Positions 34,301 through 35,747 of a stretch of 35,747 nt of DNA are shown here, in pieces (the stretch's first letter is position 1; each line of letters opens with the position of its first letter). Where the stretch lies: UHGV virus genome UHGV-0148291, one strand, 5' to 3'. The position numbers were made by a program, and so were the translations under genes. This stretch comes from a virus. The notes beneath the pieces were generated by a model that was not told the DNA's origin, ran no database searches, and saw nothing but the letters and a program-made list of their open reading frames with translations.

Positions 34301-35644
34301 AACAACGCCAATGATTGCGGCAACTGCACCCAACGGAGTAGTCGCAAGAGAGGCTTTCAGTGTTTCATTTTCGACCTTTGCCCCCGTCATGGCTCCTTTT
34401 GCAGAAACAAGCGTTGCGGTTAATGATTTCCATCCAGATATAATGCTTTCTATCGCAAGACCAGCTTTAAGTCCAAGCCATGCCCCGCCAACCACAAGAA
34501 TTGCTTTTCTCCATTCATATAAAATTTCAAGAAGCTTTCCTATGAATTTAATAGCATTTGCAATGCTACTTCCTAGACCTTCAGCAATTGCATCGAGTTC
34601 TCCGCTTTCTTTCATTTCTGATATGGTATCCATCAAATCCTGTAATTCTGATTTGAGGTACTCAAAGCTTTCTTCTCCGACATCACGGGCAAACATGGCG
34701 ATATTATCTTTCAGTGTAGAAAACAATCCCATCGCTGTCTGCGATTGTTTATCCATCATACCGAAGAACTTACCGCCCTCTGAGGTAAGTTGCTCTAATG
34801 CCTTGTTTAACGTGGGAATTCCGACTTCACCTTTTTCTATCATCTTGGAAAGCTGAGCGGTTGTCACCCCCAAAGCATCGGCTAAGGCTTTAGTCAGCGG
34901 TACTCCTGCTTCTGTCATTTGCCTTAGTTCTTCTCCGGTGACTTTCTGCTTCGCAATCATTTGACCATACGCCAAAGCAACGCGGTTCATTTTCTCCGCG
35001 CTTCCCTGCGATACGTCCCCTAACTGCTGTAATTTCGTGATAACCTCATCCTGCGCCACGCCGTAATTCAGAAGCAATTGTGTTGATTTTGTAACATCCC
35101 CCAATTCAAGGGGCGTTTTCGCCGCAAAGTCATTTAAATCATCCATCAATCGATTTGCTTTTTCATAGCTTCCAAGCATGACTTCAAATGATGTGATGTA
35201 TTGTTCAAACTTCGCATTATCCCCTATGAGAGCGTCAAATAACGTCTTTCCTGCATATCCCAGAATAGCCGCTTTTATCATGTTGATTCCGTTCTTTATC
35301 CGCTCCGTACCGGAAACAACATTTTCCGCCTGTTTTGCATTTTTGGCGTACTCATCCGTCTGTTGCTTGATGGCAGAATTGACCTGTTTGATTTCATCCT
35401 TTAGCTGCTTTTGACCGCGGTAATTATCATTCAGATCATCTCTTAGTCGCTTGACTTGCTGGCTGTTCTCACCATATTTTTTTGTTGCGTTGTCAATCTC
35501 TTTTTCGATTTCCTTTTGCGATTTTTTCAGCAGCTTTGATTCCTGCTCCAGTTCAATCAGCTTGTTCAAAAACTGTTCCATCACAGCAGCTGTATTCCCG
35601 CTGTCAGCTGTCATTCTGGCGTGTAATCCGATATCTTCCGACAT
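31307..35644 (-). CDS. Tape measure protein
   Basis: About 1445 aa, helical, with FAAKTPL, AYGQM, ELRQMTEAGVP and GGKFFGMM tape-measure motifs. SD AAAGGAGA before ATG 35644. Confidence 0.93.
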   Translation of the reverse strand: MSEDIGLHARMTADSGNTAAVMEQFLNKLIELEQESKLLKKSQKEIEKEIDNATKKYGENSQQVKRLRDDLNDNYRGQKQLKDEIKQVNSAIKQQTDEYAKNAKQAENVVSGTERIKNGINMIKAAILGYAGKTLFDALIGDNAKFEQYITSFEVMLGSYEKANRLMDDLNDFAAKTPLELGDVTKSTQLLLNYGVAQDEVITKLQQLGDVSQGSAEKMNRVALAYGQMIAKQKVTGEELRQMTEAGVPLTKALADALGVTTAQLSKMIEKGEVGIPTLNKALEQLTSEGGKFFGMMDKQSQTAMGLFSTLKDNIAMFARDVGEESFEYLKSELQDLMDTISEMKESGELDAIAEGLGSSIANAIKFIGKLLEILYEWRKAILVVGGAWLGLKAGLAIESIISGWKSLTATLVSAKGAMTGAKVENETLKASLATTPLGAVAAIIGVVAGALISYNAAADAANDKTISIGEHASETSSELLKLYSQYEALDNISDKTTEQEKKFKSIQEQLISKLGEKGEALKKLTQDTDTYREALEKATMAEIESQRATVTAGAQAAKEKLESGTRTWLGTQKVFNSQDPYTSLISDTMGKYHNEGSSAFVIPKEASQILQFYSDLKQAQIDLTNEYQRLKSAGQEAQAEALIQSQTYTEVTRVLNDLTENVDKYAEAKTQEALLNEIWANGVPKTTKEYEQLKKSVFEATGANEDFQQKINQIVASNFPQFATSAELAADSLDGMSDSTENASGKMEGLSKELDSMVDKYQTVKNAQDEFKKSGNLTASTLSDIIDNYPEMEDAVSQYIAGLIDEKTLLSQLSEHYKTDEENYKNTVLSKIQNSEKFAEILHNSCADKINELGKLYNIDLSNFKSLADAKAKIETELLGSMKTAWENYYNVTTGELDQEYMDALEISNPGGAKALYRAQAVMNGLRNLSLSQITVKSPSSAVSTSSGSKKSSKKDNSAKEAEQARKEQVKAYEDAVSEMMRLDERWNNQRKLRGEISDKDYLWNLGNRADTYRKYADEVLTIDYMTAEEKADLRKQYLEKAEDLDDEYLKTFQSMQEEEKQAALESLNERKEASEEWIEQQRQEGNYDEVIAGIERVKAYMQEYYNQGILSAKEYNKTIKELDKDIYDAKRDKFEDWLKDAETYRSDRNFYDDWGDDSEEEYLTRVINGIEKAKNEGIITANEYYDYISQYMKEFYTLEKNEWEDYIKSEEKRIKEKYQKQMELEKETITKTSELKKKQYDEELERLDALKKKRDEQQEDEDDNLKMERLKNKLEYEVDEDNRKALQKEINKLQESIDDKMFNRDIEARKEAIQKAKEEEIELAQNKIDHITRYFENKMSGVHIANEILQSIDPAEFEGIGDIIGDSISKGIQSKIDGMIRGIRDALKEVAGDSSGSASVYPGSGTKKSTSITINQKNYGVSTPYQQNVGIKKLVKSLEMGVF

Positions 35645-35667
35645 GTTATCATCTCCTTTTGTGTATG

Positions 35668-35698
35668 AAAAAAGCACCTATCAATCTGATAAGTGCTT
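35668..35698 (-). terminator. Terminator-like hairpin upstream of the tape measure gene
   Basis: Minus strand AAGCACTTATC-agatt-GATAGGTGCTT followed by TTTT. Confidence 0.65.
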
Positions 35699-35725
35699 GA
35701 CTTTGTTCTTTTATTCTTATATAAT
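35697..35725 (+). promoter_or_regulatory. sigmaA promoter reading across the circular junction into the peptide gene at 40
   Basis: TTGACT-17 nt-TATAAT. Confidence 0.75.
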
Positions 35726-35747
35726 GATTTCCGGCAGATGAAGGGAA

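Larger units (their letters stand above)
1..35747. mobile_element. Temperate siphovirus genome, apparently complete and circularly permuted (excised form), Firmicutes/Clostridia-like host
   Basis: Integration, immunity, replication, packaging, head, tail and lysis modules are all present. The late operon continues from the tail chaperone (877) across the ends to the tape measure gene (35644). attP is intact and no host genes are seen. Confidence 0.93.

Noticed and set aside
31589..34856. Long plus-strand ORFs (31589-32449, 34131-34856) inside the tape measure gene
   Set aside because: They are antisense shadows of a Lys/Glu/Ala-rich helical gene, giving Phe/Leu/Ser-rich translations with no convincing SD.
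1..35747. Alternative genetic code or stop-codon recoding
   Set aside because: Core genes are full length under the standard bacterial code, and TAA, TGA and TAG all appear as genuine stops.

Overview
This window appears to be the complete, circularly permuted genome of a temperate siphovirus infecting a Firmicute (Clostridia-like) host. It is in the excised form: attP is intact, and the two window ends join into one continuous promoter-leader-ORF unit. Almost all genes lie on the minus strand in canonical order: cro and early genes (Sak-like recombinase, replication initiator, SSB, DNA methyltransferase, RusA-like resolvase, ArpU-like activator), then terminase, SPP1-type portal, MuF, scaffold, capsid, neck, tail, tape measure, Dit/Tal/baseplate/fibre, holins and endolysin. 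cI, a lipoprotein and a tyrosine integrase lie on the plus strand, and the attP core is the 3' end of a tmRNA/tRNA-Ala-type gene. Notable points: (1) the endolysin is an Amidase_3 fused to a NAGPA-like domain, with a strong internal in-frame start that would release the second domain separately; (2) MuF carries a His-rich C-terminal toxin-like extension with a coupled immunity-like gene; (3) a type I toxin-antitoxin-like module spans the circular junction; (4) three antisense-promoter/hairpin cassettes share a CTGCT..AA apical motif; (5) an AT-rich two-gene moron near attP has a possible T7 frameshift switch. All family assignments come from motif recognition and synteny, not from database searches.
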